Below, in pieces: positions 52,393 to 60,677 of a stretch of 64,000 bases of DNA. This DNA is from Actinomycetota bacterium (GTDB lineage: Bacteria; Actinomycetota; UBA4738; HRBIN12), in NCBI GenBank assembly GCA_038249195.1, contig JBBRWM010000005.1:190220-254219 (forward strand), read 5' to 3'. The notes under the pieces are model-generated. The model had not been told where the DNA came from. It did no database searches and was given only the letters and a program-made list of their open reading frames with translations. The number at the start of each line of letters is the position of its first letter. The first letter of the stretch is position 1. Made by a program: the position numbers and the translations under genes.

Positions 52393-53463
52393 GTGGGAGT
52401 GCATGGATCGACCCCTGGCATCCGCGGCCGGACGGTGGGGCTGGCTGTAACGCTCGCGCTCATGGCCGCGGCTTGCACGCATTCGACGGCGCCGCCGGAC
52501 TCGAGCTCGAGCCGTGCCTCGCAACAGGAACCCGGTCCGATCGCGCCCTCACCGCTGGTCGAAGCGGACCAGATCGTCTCTGGCGGCGTGCCCCCCGATG
52601 GCATCCCGCCGATCGACGACCCCACATTCGTCCTTGCGACCGGTGCTCCGAAGTTGGCCCCCCAAGAGCCCGTCATCGCGGTCGAGATCAACGGGGTGTC
52701 GAAGGCCTACCCGGTGCGGATCATGACCTGGCACGAGGTCGTGAACGACGAGTTCGCCGGGGCGCCGGTCCTCGTCACGTATTGCCCGCTGTGCAACACC
52801 CGCATCGCGTTCCTGCGCCCGAGGATCGAGGGCGAAGTTCTCGACTTCGGCACCAGCGGCAAGCTCTACGACTCCAACCTCGTCATGTACGACCGCCAGA
52901 CCATGTCGTATTGGCCGCAGGCGTTGGGCGTGGCGATCACCGGACCGCTCACCGGCACCAAGCTCACCTTCGCTCCAGCGCGATTGCTCGCGTGGTCGGA
53001 CTGGCGGGCGGCGAACCCCCAGGGTCTCGTCCTTTCCGCGAATACGGGGTTCGCGCGCGCCTACGGCACGAACCCGTACGTCGGGTACGAGAACGCCCGG
53101 TTCCCGTTCCTGTTCAACGGTGACCTGGATCCCAGGCTCCCGGCGACGGAGCACGTGCTCGGCGCGCCCGGGATCCGGCCGATCGCATTCTCATACTCGG
53201 CGCTGTCAAGACGCGCCGCCGCGGGCGAATCGTCGACGAACAGACGGGGCACGACGTGGACGATAGACGGGCGGGGTGTGTCGGGTCCGCTCGCGGGGTC
53301 GAGGCTTCGCGCCGCGTTGGCGATCGACAGCTTCTGGTTCGATTGGGCGGCGTTCCATCCAGATACGACGGTATACGGTGCGCCGGATCGGCTGGGTCGC
53401 TCCCCCAGGGTCAACAGGTCAACCCGCCACTCGATCGGTCGTCCCGGAGCCCTCGATGCGTAG
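52393..53463 (+). CDS. DUF3179-domain lipoprotein
   Basis: Lipobox MAAAC; GGVPPDGIPPID, KAYP..WHEVVND, VTYCPLCNT, FGTSGKLYDSNLVMYDRQT, FWFDWAAFHPDT. Confidence 0.85.
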   Translation: MGVHGSTPGIRGRTVGLAVTLALMAAACTHSTAPPDSSSSRASQQEPGPIAPSPLVEADQIVSGGVPPDGIPPIDDPTFVLATGAPKLAPQEPVIAVEINGVSKAYPVRIMTWHEVVNDEFAGAPVLVTYCPLCNTRIAFLRPRIEGEVLDFGTSGKLYDSNLVMYDRQTMSYWPQALGVAITGPLTGTKLTFAPARLLAWSDWRAANPQGLVLSANTGFARAYGTNPYVGYENARFPFLFNGDLDPRLPATEHVLGAPGIRPIAFSYSALSRRAAAGESSTNRRGTTWTIDGRGVSGPLAGSRLRAALAIDSFWFDWAAFHPDTTVYGAPDRLGRSPRVNRSTRHSIGRPGALDA

Positions 53464-54162
53464 AACGGTTCCTCGATCGAAGACCGGAGCGACGGTGTGC
53501 CCGAGGGCCGAATACACGTGGGGCGGGACCGAGATATCGGCCAGGTACAGCTCACCGACGAGTGCGGCGCCGAGTCGCAGGCCGATCTTGGGCATGGCGA
53601 GCGTTAGCGTCGATGTCGCGTGAACGCACGGGTCGCCGATGCGTCCAGATGACGTGTCGAGCCCGCTGGGGACATCGAGCGAGCAGACCGGGGCGGCTTG
53701 TACCGCCGTCCACGAGATGAGCTCGGCCGCCAGCCCCCGGGGGTCGCCCGACAACGCGTACCCGATGAGCGCATCGATCACGACGTCGGCGTCGACCGGC
53801 TCGCTGGCGACAGGAACCCCCATGCGCCGGAGCGTTTCGAGCTGGCGCCTCGGTACCTCTCCCAACTCGCCGGCAGTTGTCGACGGAACCACGGTTACGG
53901 CAACGCCGCGGACGGCGAGGTGCCGCGCCGCCACCATCCCGCCACCCCCGTTGCCCCCGCTTCCCACGAGCACTGTCACGTCGGCCGGCGCGAACCGCCA
54001 GAGCACGAGCTCCGCCAGGTTCGCGCCCGCGTTCTCCATCATCTGGATCAGCCCGATACCCAGATCTTCCACCATGATGCGATCGACCTCACGCATCTCG
54101 TCGGTGCTCAGCCAGGCCAGCTCACGAGCGTCGACAACAGGGACGCGCGGGCGCTCACTCAT
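53419..54162 (-). CDS. nnrE: Stand-alone NAD(P)H-hydrate epimerase (YjeF N-terminal domain)
   Basis: MREVD, MMENAG, GSGGNGGGG..AARHL, IDALIGY, SLDVPSG, TLTLAMPK, LADISVP. Confidence 0.88.
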   Translation of the reverse strand: MSERPRVPVVDARELAWLSTDEMREVDRIMVEDLGIGLIQMMENAGANLAELVLWRFAPADVTVLVGSGGNGGGGMVAARHLAVRGVAVTVVPSTTAGELGEVPRRQLETLRRMGVPVASEPVDADVVIDALIGYALSGDPRGLAAELISWTAVQAAPVCSLDVPSGLDTSSGRIGDPCVHATSTLTLAMPKIGLRLGAALVGELYLADISVPPHVYSALGHTVAPVFDRGTVLRIEGSGTTDRVAG

Positions 54163-56053
54163 GGCCGAGGGAACCTTCGGCGCGTTCCGCTCGCGCGATC
54201 GCCACCGCCGCGTTGACCAGGCCGATGTGGCTGAATGCCTGAGGGAAGTTGCCGAGGAGTTCGCCGGTGTTGGGCTCCACCTCCTCGGCCAACAGTCCAA
54301 CGTCGTTGGCGTAACCGATCGCACGCTCGAACGTCGCCCGAGCATCCGCGAGGCGACCCGCCATGGCCTGCGCTTGGGCGAGCCAGAACGTGCACAGGAG
54401 GAAGCTGCCTTCCTCGCCATCCAGGCCGTCACGGCTCCGATAGCGCACGACGAGCCCTCGCTCGTCGGTGAGTCGTTCGCCGATGGCATCGATCGTGGCG
54501 AGCATGCGGGGATCGGTCGCCGAGATGAACCCCACGATCGGCATCATGAGCACAGAGGCGTCGAGGTCGCTCGAACCGAGAGACTGAGTGAAGGCGCCCG
54601 CGCTGTTACTCCATCCTTCGTCGAGGATCGCGGTGCGGATCTCGGATCGAGCGCGTCGCCAGTCGTCGACGCGGTCGGTCGCGCCGAGGCCGTCTGCCAG
54701 CGCGATCGCGCGATCCACCGCGACCCAGCACATGAGTTTGGAATACAGGAATGGGCGGCGACCGCCGCGCACCTCCCAGATGCCTTCGTCGTCTTCGCGC
54801 CACCGCTCGGCCGCGGCGTCCGCGACGTCGGCAAGGAAGTGTCTCGTGAGGTCATCGAACTCGTCGAACTCCTCCCGGAAGACGGCAGCGGCATCGAGCA
54901 ACTCGCCGTACACGTCCAGCTGGAGTTGATCCCAGGCACCGTTGCCGATCCGGACCGGCGAGCTGCCCCGATACCCGCGCAGGTGGGGGAGCTCGCGTTC
55001 GGAAAGATCATGTTCGCCACCGATCCCGAACATGATCTGCAGGCCGGACCCCTCGTGCAGGCTTTCGGCAGCCGAGCCGGCCATCCACGAGAAGAAGTGA
55101 TGTGCCTCCGCCGGACACGCGGTCTTGCTCAATGCCTGGATCGTGAAGCTCGCGTCACGAACCCAGGCGTATCGGTAGTCCCAGTTCCTGACGCCGCCGA
55201 CCGTCTCGGGCAGCGACGTTGTCGGGGCGGCGACCATCGCCCCGGTTGGACGGAAGGTCAGCGCTTGCAACACTCGGCCGCTGTGCATCACGAGCTCGCG
55301 CCACGGGCCGTCGTATCCATCATGGGCCCGGGACCAAGCGGCCCATATGTCGATGGTCTGGTCGATCAGCTGCTCGGCGTCGGCCTCATCGAACGACCGG
55401 GGCGCGGGCTCCCAACTCTGTGCGTGGTTGAGGGCGAACGTCAAACGCTCGCCCACTCGGAGTTCGACCTCTGCCTTCGCCGTCGACCCCTCGACATCGA
55501 AGGGAACCCGGCCAGAGAGAACCAGCACGCTCGCGCCGCCGCGAGCGATGAGCCCGCCGTCGATCGTGCGGAGTAGTGGCGAGATGAGACCGTATTCGGG
55601 CCGCGGAGCGTACTCGACGCCGATGCGCACACCCCCCTGGGTGCAGACCACCCGGCGGATGAGCGCACCCGGTGCCACACCGCCGACCTCATGAGTGCCG
55701 TCGACGCTAGCGCCGACCGCGTACGCGTCTTCCAGCGTGATGGTGCCCGATACGGTGCTGAACGTGGTCTCAAGGACCATCGTGCCGTCCAGGTAACGGC
55801 GTTGCACTTCTGCCGTTTCGGTTGGCGCGATCGTCCAGTGACCGGCTCGCTCGTCCAGCAACCGACAGAACACGGGCGCCGCGTCGAAGCGGTCGAAGCA
55901 CAGCCAGTCGATCGATCCGGCCTTGGATACCAGGGCCGATCCGTGGGAATCGGAGAGCAGGCCGTAGTCGGCGATCGGAGTGCTCAAGTGGTCATCAGCC
56001 GTGCCCGGCCCCGACGTGTCGGGTGCTGCCACCCTCCGGATCGCGCGTGTCAT
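54155..56053 (-). CDS. Glycoside hydrolase family 15 (second copy)
   Basis: IADYGLLSD, AAPTTSLPE..GGVRNWDYRYAWVRD, QLDVYGE, LLAEE...GNFPQAFSH; overlaps the nnrE start. Confidence 0.93.
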   Translation of the reverse strand: MTRAIRRVAAPDTSGPGTADDHLSTPIADYGLLSDSHGSALVSKAGSIDWLCFDRFDAAPVFCRLLDERAGHWTIAPTETAEVQRRYLDGTMVLETTFSTVSGTITLEDAYAVGASVDGTHEVGGVAPGALIRRVVCTQGGVRIGVEYAPRPEYGLISPLLRTIDGGLIARGGASVLVLSGRVPFDVEGSTAKAEVELRVGERLTFALNHAQSWEPAPRSFDEADAEQLIDQTIDIWAAWSRAHDGYDGPWRELVMHSGRVLQALTFRPTGAMVAAPTTSLPETVGGVRNWDYRYAWVRDASFTIQALSKTACPAEAHHFFSWMAGSAAESLHEGSGLQIMFGIGGEHDLSERELPHLRGYRGSSPVRIGNGAWDQLQLDVYGELLDAAAVFREEFDEFDDLTRHFLADVADAAAERWREDDEGIWEVRGGRRPFLYSKLMCWVAVDRAIALADGLGATDRVDDWRRARSEIRTAILDEGWSNSAGAFTQSLGSSDLDASVLMMPIVGFISATDPRMLATIDAIGERLTDERGLVVRYRSRDGLDGEEGSFLLCTFWLAQAQAMAGRLADARATFERAIGYANDVGLLAEEVEPNTGELLGNFPQAFSHIGLVNAAVAIARAERAEGSLGHE

Positions 56054-56185
56054 CGACCGTTAGCCTCTCTCATCCCTCACACCCCGGCAGTCTCACGAAA
56101 GAGGTTCCCGTTACGCTCGGCCGTATGCCGAAGCTGATCCTGGGTAGCCCGACGCCGATCATCGCGGTGGGTCTGGCGACGACTA

Positions 56186-56212
56186 AGACGGGTCGTCTGA
56201 GCGCTCGTTCCC
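56186..56212 (-). promoter_or_regulatory. Degenerate ECF promoter GGGAAC-N16-CGTCT facing the GH15-nnrE operon
   Basis: Minus strand GGGAAC gagcgctcagacgacc CGTCT; two mismatches and a spacer one nucleotide shorter. Confidence 0.35.
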
Positions 56213-56232
56213 TGACGCCCGGGACCTTCCCA

Positions 56233-56260
56233 GGGAATACGAGTGAGGGTTCAGGCGTCC
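56233..56260 (+). promoter_or_regulatory. ECF promoter motif GGGAAT-N17-CGTCC facing the radical SAM operon
   Basis: GGGAAT acgagtgagggttcagg CGTCC, 50 nt before ATG 56311. Confidence 0.8.
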
Positions 56261-56310
56261 GAGTGTTGAGGCGAGATGTCCTGGCCTCGTTCACGAGAAC
56301 GGGAGACGCG

Positions 56311-56793
56311 ATGGTGACGTTCCAGACAGGCCCCGCATTGTTCAGCGGCTTCGTGGCAACCGTCGCGATGACGATGGTGATGATGGCGGGCCGGGCGATG
56401 GGGATGACGACGATGGACATGCCGCTCATCCTCGGTGGCATGGTCACGGCGGACGGATCAAGAGCGCGGCGCCTCGGGCTGGCCATCCACGTCGTGATGA
56501 TGGGGACCGTCGCCTTCGGGGTTGTCTATGCAGCTCTGTTCACTTTGCTCGACTCCGACGCCGCGCTGACTGGCGTGGCGATCGGCCTCGTCCACGGTCT
56601 TCTATTCGGCCTCATGGTGCTCCCGATGATGCCGGCGATCCACCCACGGATGAAGGCCTCAGCCGATGGGTTCCACCTCGATCCCCCGAGAATCATGGGC
56701 GCCACCTACGGTCGAGGTACGGGGATAGGTCTTCTCCTCGCGCACGCAACCTACGGCCTGGTCATAGCACTGGTGTATGGAGCCATCACGTGA
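56311..56793 (+). CDS. Met/His-rich four-TM membrane protein of unknown function
   Basis: About four hydrophobic helices with intramembrane His (AIHVVMMG, LVHG, LAHATYG) and a Met cluster; GGGAG RBS; GTGA overlap with the radical SAM gene. Confidence 0.75.
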   Translation: MVTFQTGPALFSGFVATVAMTMVMMAGRAMGMTTMDMPLILGGMVTADGSRARRLGLAIHVVMMGTVAFGVVYAALFTLLDSDAALTGVAIGLVHGLLFGLMVLPMMPAIHPRMKASADGFHLDPPRIMGATYGRGTGIGLLLAHATYGLVIALVYGAIT

Positions 56794-58331
56794 CGCGCGA
56801 GCATCCGACGCCTTCCCCAGCAGGAACTCCACCTCCGAGAGCCGATCGAGATGAGGTCTTCTTGGAGGTAACGAAGAGCATCTGCCCGCTGTGCAAACGG
56901 GTGCTCGACGCCGAGGTGAACATCCGCGACAACAGAGTCATCCTTCGCAAACGCTGCCCCGACCACGGCGAGTTCGAAGCGCTCGTCTACGGGGACGCCA
57001 CGATGTACATGGACGCGCTGCGGTTCAACAAGCCGGGCACGTACCCGCTCGAGACACAGACCGAAGTCGTCGACGGGTGCCCGTTGGATTGCGGGCTGTG
57101 TCCGGACCACAAGCAGCACGCGTGCGTCGGCTTGATCGAGGTGAACTCGAATTGCAACCTGGACTGCCCGGTGTGTTTCGCCGACTCCGGGCATCAGGCA
57201 GACGGGTTCTCGCTGACCATGGAGCAGGTCGAGCTCGGCCTCGACACCTTCGTCCGGGCTGAAGGCGAACCAGAGGTGCTGATGCTCTCCGGCGGCGAGC
57301 CCTCCATCCACCCGCAGATCCTGGGATTCATCGCCATGGCACGGGACAAGGGGATCCGTCACGTCGTTCTGAACACGAACGGGATCCGATTGGCTCGAGA
57401 CCGTGCCTTCGCTGCTGCATTGGCCAAGGAACGCACCGCGATCTACCTGCAGTTCGATGGACTTCGGGAAGACACCCACGTCCGGATCAGGGGCCGCGAT
57501 CTGCGCACGTTGAAGGATCAGGCCCTCGACCGCTGTGCCGAGTTCGGTCTGTCGGTCACGTTGGTGGCGGCCGTGGAGAAGGGTGTGAACGACGACGAGC
57601 TCGCCGACATCCTGCGCTTCGGATTCGCCCATCCGGCGGTGCATTCGGTGGTGTTCCAGCCGGTCACGCACGCGGGACGTCATCTCCAGTTCGAGCCACT
57701 CGAGCGGCTCACGAACTCCGACGTGATCCACGCGATCGTGGACCAGATGCCCGAGACGTTCGAGCTGAACGACTTCTTCCCGGTGCCCTGTTGCTTCCCG
57801 ACCTGTCGGAGTGTCACCTACCTGCTGGTCGACGGTGAAGACATCGTGCCGGTGCCGAGGATCCTCAACATCGAAGATCACCTCGACTACGTGACGAATC
57901 GCGCGCTGCCCGACCCCGCGATCCGCGGGGCATTGGAGAGGCTCTGGAGCGCATCGGCGGTGCCGGGAACTGCCGACACGGCGGAACAGCTCGCCTGTGC
58001 GACGTGCGCGATCGACCTGCCGGAAGCGGTTCGCAACCTCACGGACAAGGCGTTCATGATCGTGATCCAGGACTTCCAAGACGCATATACGTTGAACGTA
58101 CGGCAGCTCATGAAGTGCTGCGTCGAACAGATCACACCCGACGGACGTCTGATCCCGTTCTGCGCGTACAACTCGGTCTGGTATCGCGAGGAGATCCGAG
58201 CCCAGCTCACCGGCTTGACGGTCGAAGATGTGGTTCCCAATGCACGAGCCTTGCAACCGCTGCTGCGATCCGGCCCGCACGGTTCCAAGGTGGTGGGGCG
58301 GCCATCGGCGACGACCCATCCTCGGAACTGA
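56790..58331 (+). CDS. Multi-cluster radical SAM enzyme of the Tes/GDGT-MAS (MJ0619)/TrsS-like family
   Basis: SICPLC...CPDHGEF, GCPLDCGLCPDH, CNLDCPVC (CX3CX2C), SGGEP, LNTNG, YLQFDG, FQP, KCC..ITPDGRLIPFCAYN. Confidence 0.85.
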   Translation: MTREHPTPSPAGTPPPRADRDEVFLEVTKSICPLCKRVLDAEVNIRDNRVILRKRCPDHGEFEALVYGDATMYMDALRFNKPGTYPLETQTEVVDGCPLDCGLCPDHKQHACVGLIEVNSNCNLDCPVCFADSGHQADGFSLTMEQVELGLDTFVRAEGEPEVLMLSGGEPSIHPQILGFIAMARDKGIRHVVLNTNGIRLARDRAFAAALAKERTAIYLQFDGLREDTHVRIRGRDLRTLKDQALDRCAEFGLSVTLVAAVEKGVNDDELADILRFGFAHPAVHSVVFQPVTHAGRHLQFEPLERLTNSDVIHAIVDQMPETFELNDFFPVPCCFPTCRSVTYLLVDGEDIVPVPRILNIEDHLDYVTNRALPDPAIRGALERLWSASAVPGTADTAEQLACATCAIDLPEAVRNLTDKAFMIVIQDFQDAYTLNVRQLMKCCVEQITPDGRLIPFCAYNSVWYREEIRAQLTGLTVEDVVPNARALQPLLRSGPHGSKVVGRPSATTHPRN

Positions 58332-58335
58332 CGGC

Positions 58336-59142
58336 ATGACGACGATCGTCGATCCCGCAACGGTGAAGGCATGCTGCACCTCGCTGTACGAACACAGGCT
58401 CACGGGGTGGCTGCTGGAGGATGGATTTCATCCCGGTGGTGTGGCCCTGACTGACCGACTCGTCGAGCTCCTCGAGGTGTCGGCCGAACAGCAGGTGGTC
58501 GACGTCGCCGCCGGGCCGGGAACGTCGGCACTTCGCGTCGCAGCCACGATGGATGCTCGGGTGCACGGAGTGGATCTGTCCTCGGCACTCGTCGAGGCGG
58601 CGACCGAGCGGGCACGAAACCAGGGTCTATCCGATCGCGTTGTTTTCACCGTCGGCGATGCGGAGCGCCTGCCGCTGGGCGACGGTGCGGCGGACGTGGT
58701 TCTGTGCGAATGCTCGCTCTGCATCTTCCCGGATAAGCGCGATGCCGTACGGGAGATGGCCCGCGTGGTTCGGCCGGGTGGGCGGGTGGGTGTCGCGGAC
58801 GTCGTGGTCGATCGACGCCGTCTTCCTCCGGAACTCGATACCCTCGCGGCACGCGTCGCGTGCATCGCGGATGCGCGAACCCTCGAGGAGAACATCGGTC
58901 TTCTCCAGGGGGGAGGTCTCCGCATCGACGTCATCGAACGTCACGACGCGGCGGTCATGGCGATGCTCGACCGGATCGACGCGCGTCTCGCTATCGCTCG
59001 GATGGCCCTCCCTGCGGAGCGAACCGACGACATCCGGCGTGCGCGCTCGATCGTGTCGTCCGTCAGGCGGGTGGTCGAAGACGGTGTGGTCGGCTACGCC
59101 CTCGTCGTGGCGACCAGAGCGGACGGCGATCGTGTCGCGTGA
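58336..59142 (+). CDS. Class I SAM-dependent methyltransferase, Cys-rich (ArsM-like Cys pattern)
   Basis: KACC, HPGG, VDVAAGPG, GDAERLP, VLCECSLC, RPGGRV, ACIADA. Confidence 0.85.
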   Translation: MTTIVDPATVKACCTSLYEHRLTGWLLEDGFHPGGVALTDRLVELLEVSAEQQVVDVAAGPGTSALRVAATMDARVHGVDLSSALVEAATERARNQGLSDRVVFTVGDAERLPLGDGAADVVLCECSLCIFPDKRDAVREMARVVRPGGRVGVADVVVDRRRLPPELDTLAARVACIADARTLEENIGLLQGGGLRIDVIERHDAAVMAMLDRIDARLAIARMALPAERTDDIRRARSIVSSVRRVVEDGVVGYALVVATRADGDRVA

Positions 59143-59185
59143 TCCAGCCGACGTCTTCGCGCCGGACCGCGCCGAGCGGTCGACC

Positions 59186-59213
59186 GGGAATCATCGCCGT
59201 GTTTCGGGCGTCC
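59186..59213 (+). promoter_or_regulatory. ECF promoter motif GGGAAT-N17-CGTCC (probable autoregulatory promoter of the sigma gene)
   Basis: GGGAAT catcgccgtgtttcggg CGTCC, 18 nt before the sigma ATG. Confidence 0.82.
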
Positions 59214-59231
59214 AAGTCGGTGTGACGACAT

Positions 59232-59759
59232 ATGGCCACTGATCAGGACGAGTTCTTGCGAGCCACGATGGGATGCCTGGATCTCGTCCATAACCTGGCG
59301 CGGCGGACGGTGTATTCACCTGAGGATGCCCAGGATCTCGTGCAGGAGACCTATCTCGCCGCCTTCCGTGCATGGCAGGACGACCGGCGCCCCAACAAGG
59401 TCGAACCGTGGATCGCGACCATCTGCCTGAACCTCGGGCGGTCCTTCTTCCGGCGACGCGCTCGTCGGCCATATGAGGTTGCGCTCGACGATCGCTTGAT
59501 CGTGTTGCCCGATGGCTCCGACCCCGAAGCTGACGCGATCGCGACGCTCGATCGCGAGGCGCTACACGCGGCGATGTGGCAACTCCCGGAGGAACAACGC
59601 ACTGCCATCACCCTCGTCGATCTCGGGGGTTTGAGCACAGCCGAGGCCGCCGAGGTGATGGGAACGCCCCAGGGGACGGTCCTGTCTCGCCTTCATCGCG
59701 GTCGTCGAGCGCTCGCGATCCTGATGACCAACGACATCCCGCAGCGGGAGGTGACCTGA
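59232..59759 (+). CDS. ECF sigma factor (SigH/SigR-like)
   Basis: DAQDLVQETYLAAFRAW; LPEEQRTAITLVD..S..EAAEVMGTPQGTVLSRLHRGR. Confidence 0.92.
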   Translation: MATDQDEFLRATMGCLDLVHNLARRTVYSPEDAQDLVQETYLAAFRAWQDDRRPNKVEPWIATICLNLGRSFFRRRARRPYEVALDDRLIVLPDGSDPEADAIATLDREALHAAMWQLPEEQRTAITLVDLGGLSTAEAAEVMGTPQGTVLSRLHRGRRALAILMTNDIPQREVT

Positions 59760-60065
59760 ATGTCCCGAGAGCGGATCGATCCGGCTCTGGATATCCGACG
59801 CGCCCACGACCCCGAGATGAACGCGTCGCTCTATCTGGCCGGCGAGCTGCCGAGGCGATTGACCCGCTGGCTCGAGCGTCACCTCCTCGAGTGTGATGAC
59901 TGCTGGCGGGAAGTGTGGCTGGCTCGGCGTGGCCGCTTCATCGCCGAGCACGCCCGCGAGCTGGCGCCCCCAACCCTTCGAGACGCGGTGCGTGGTGCGG
60001 TTCAGCTATCGGCGACCGAGTATCGATCGGCACGTCGTCGCAGGGCCTGGTTCCGCCGACGCTGA
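59760..60065 (+). CDS. Zinc-binding anti-sigma factor (zf-HC2/ZAS)
   Basis: YLAGEL...LERHLLECDDC (HxxxCxxC); small, soluble, directly after the sigma gene. Confidence 0.88.
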   Translation: MSRERIDPALDIRRAHDPEMNASLYLAGELPRRLTRWLERHLLECDDCWREVWLARRGRFIAEHARELAPPTLRDAVRGAVQLSATEYRSARRRRAWFRRR

Positions 60066-60123
60066 CGAGCGGTCGCGCTGATGGCCTGGCGGCACTGAGG
60101 ACCCTGACAGCTTGTCCCCGACG

Positions 60124-60677
60124 TCAAGACCGCGCGGGGCCTCGCTCGTAGAGCTTCATCGCCCGGCGGAAGCCGACGAGGCCGATCAACGCGCACCGGA
60201 CAGCGCTGAGCAGCGCGCTGTTGCCGATCGCCGTCCCCATCAGGAGTCCGCGCAACGTTTCGATGAACGGCGTGAACGGCTGGTATTCGGCGAAGCGGAT
60301 CCCCGCCGGCATCGAGTCAACGGGGACGAATCCGCTGCTGAGGAACGGCAACAGGTTGGCCATGAGCGCCGGGTTCTCCTCGCCGGTCAGGAGCGTGTCC
60401 ACCGCGGAGAACTGCCCGGTGACCCCGATGACGTCGCGGACGGCGTTCGGCTCCCGTGCCGCGTCGTGGCCCGCGACCCGCACCGTTCCGGAGTCGGGAT
60501 CGAGCAGCGTCGACAGGATGTGCACGGTCGTGGTCTTCCCGGCGCCGTTCGGCCCGAGCAAGCGAAGACCGAACCGGTTGCGATCTGGAGGTCGATGCCG
60601 TCCAGCGCGACCGTGTCGCCGAACGACTTGCGGAGGCCGGCGACCTCGAGCGCCGGGGCGGTGGTGGTGGCGGTCAC
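60124..60677 (-). pseudogene. Collapsed DrrA/DrrB-type ABC exporter: ATPase 5' part fused to permease 3' part
   Basis: GLRKSFG..LDGIDL / frameshift / LLGPNGAGKTT...GQFSAVDTLLTGEEN then directly LPFLSSGFVPVDSMP...YQPFTPFIETLRGLL; no ABC signature or Walker B. Confidence 0.85.

Noticed and set aside
51650-59142. Selenoprotein cluster (TlpA, DUF3179 and TrsS-like families include Sec members)
   Set aside because: All relevant motifs are encoded with Cys codons and no in-frame TGA was seen.
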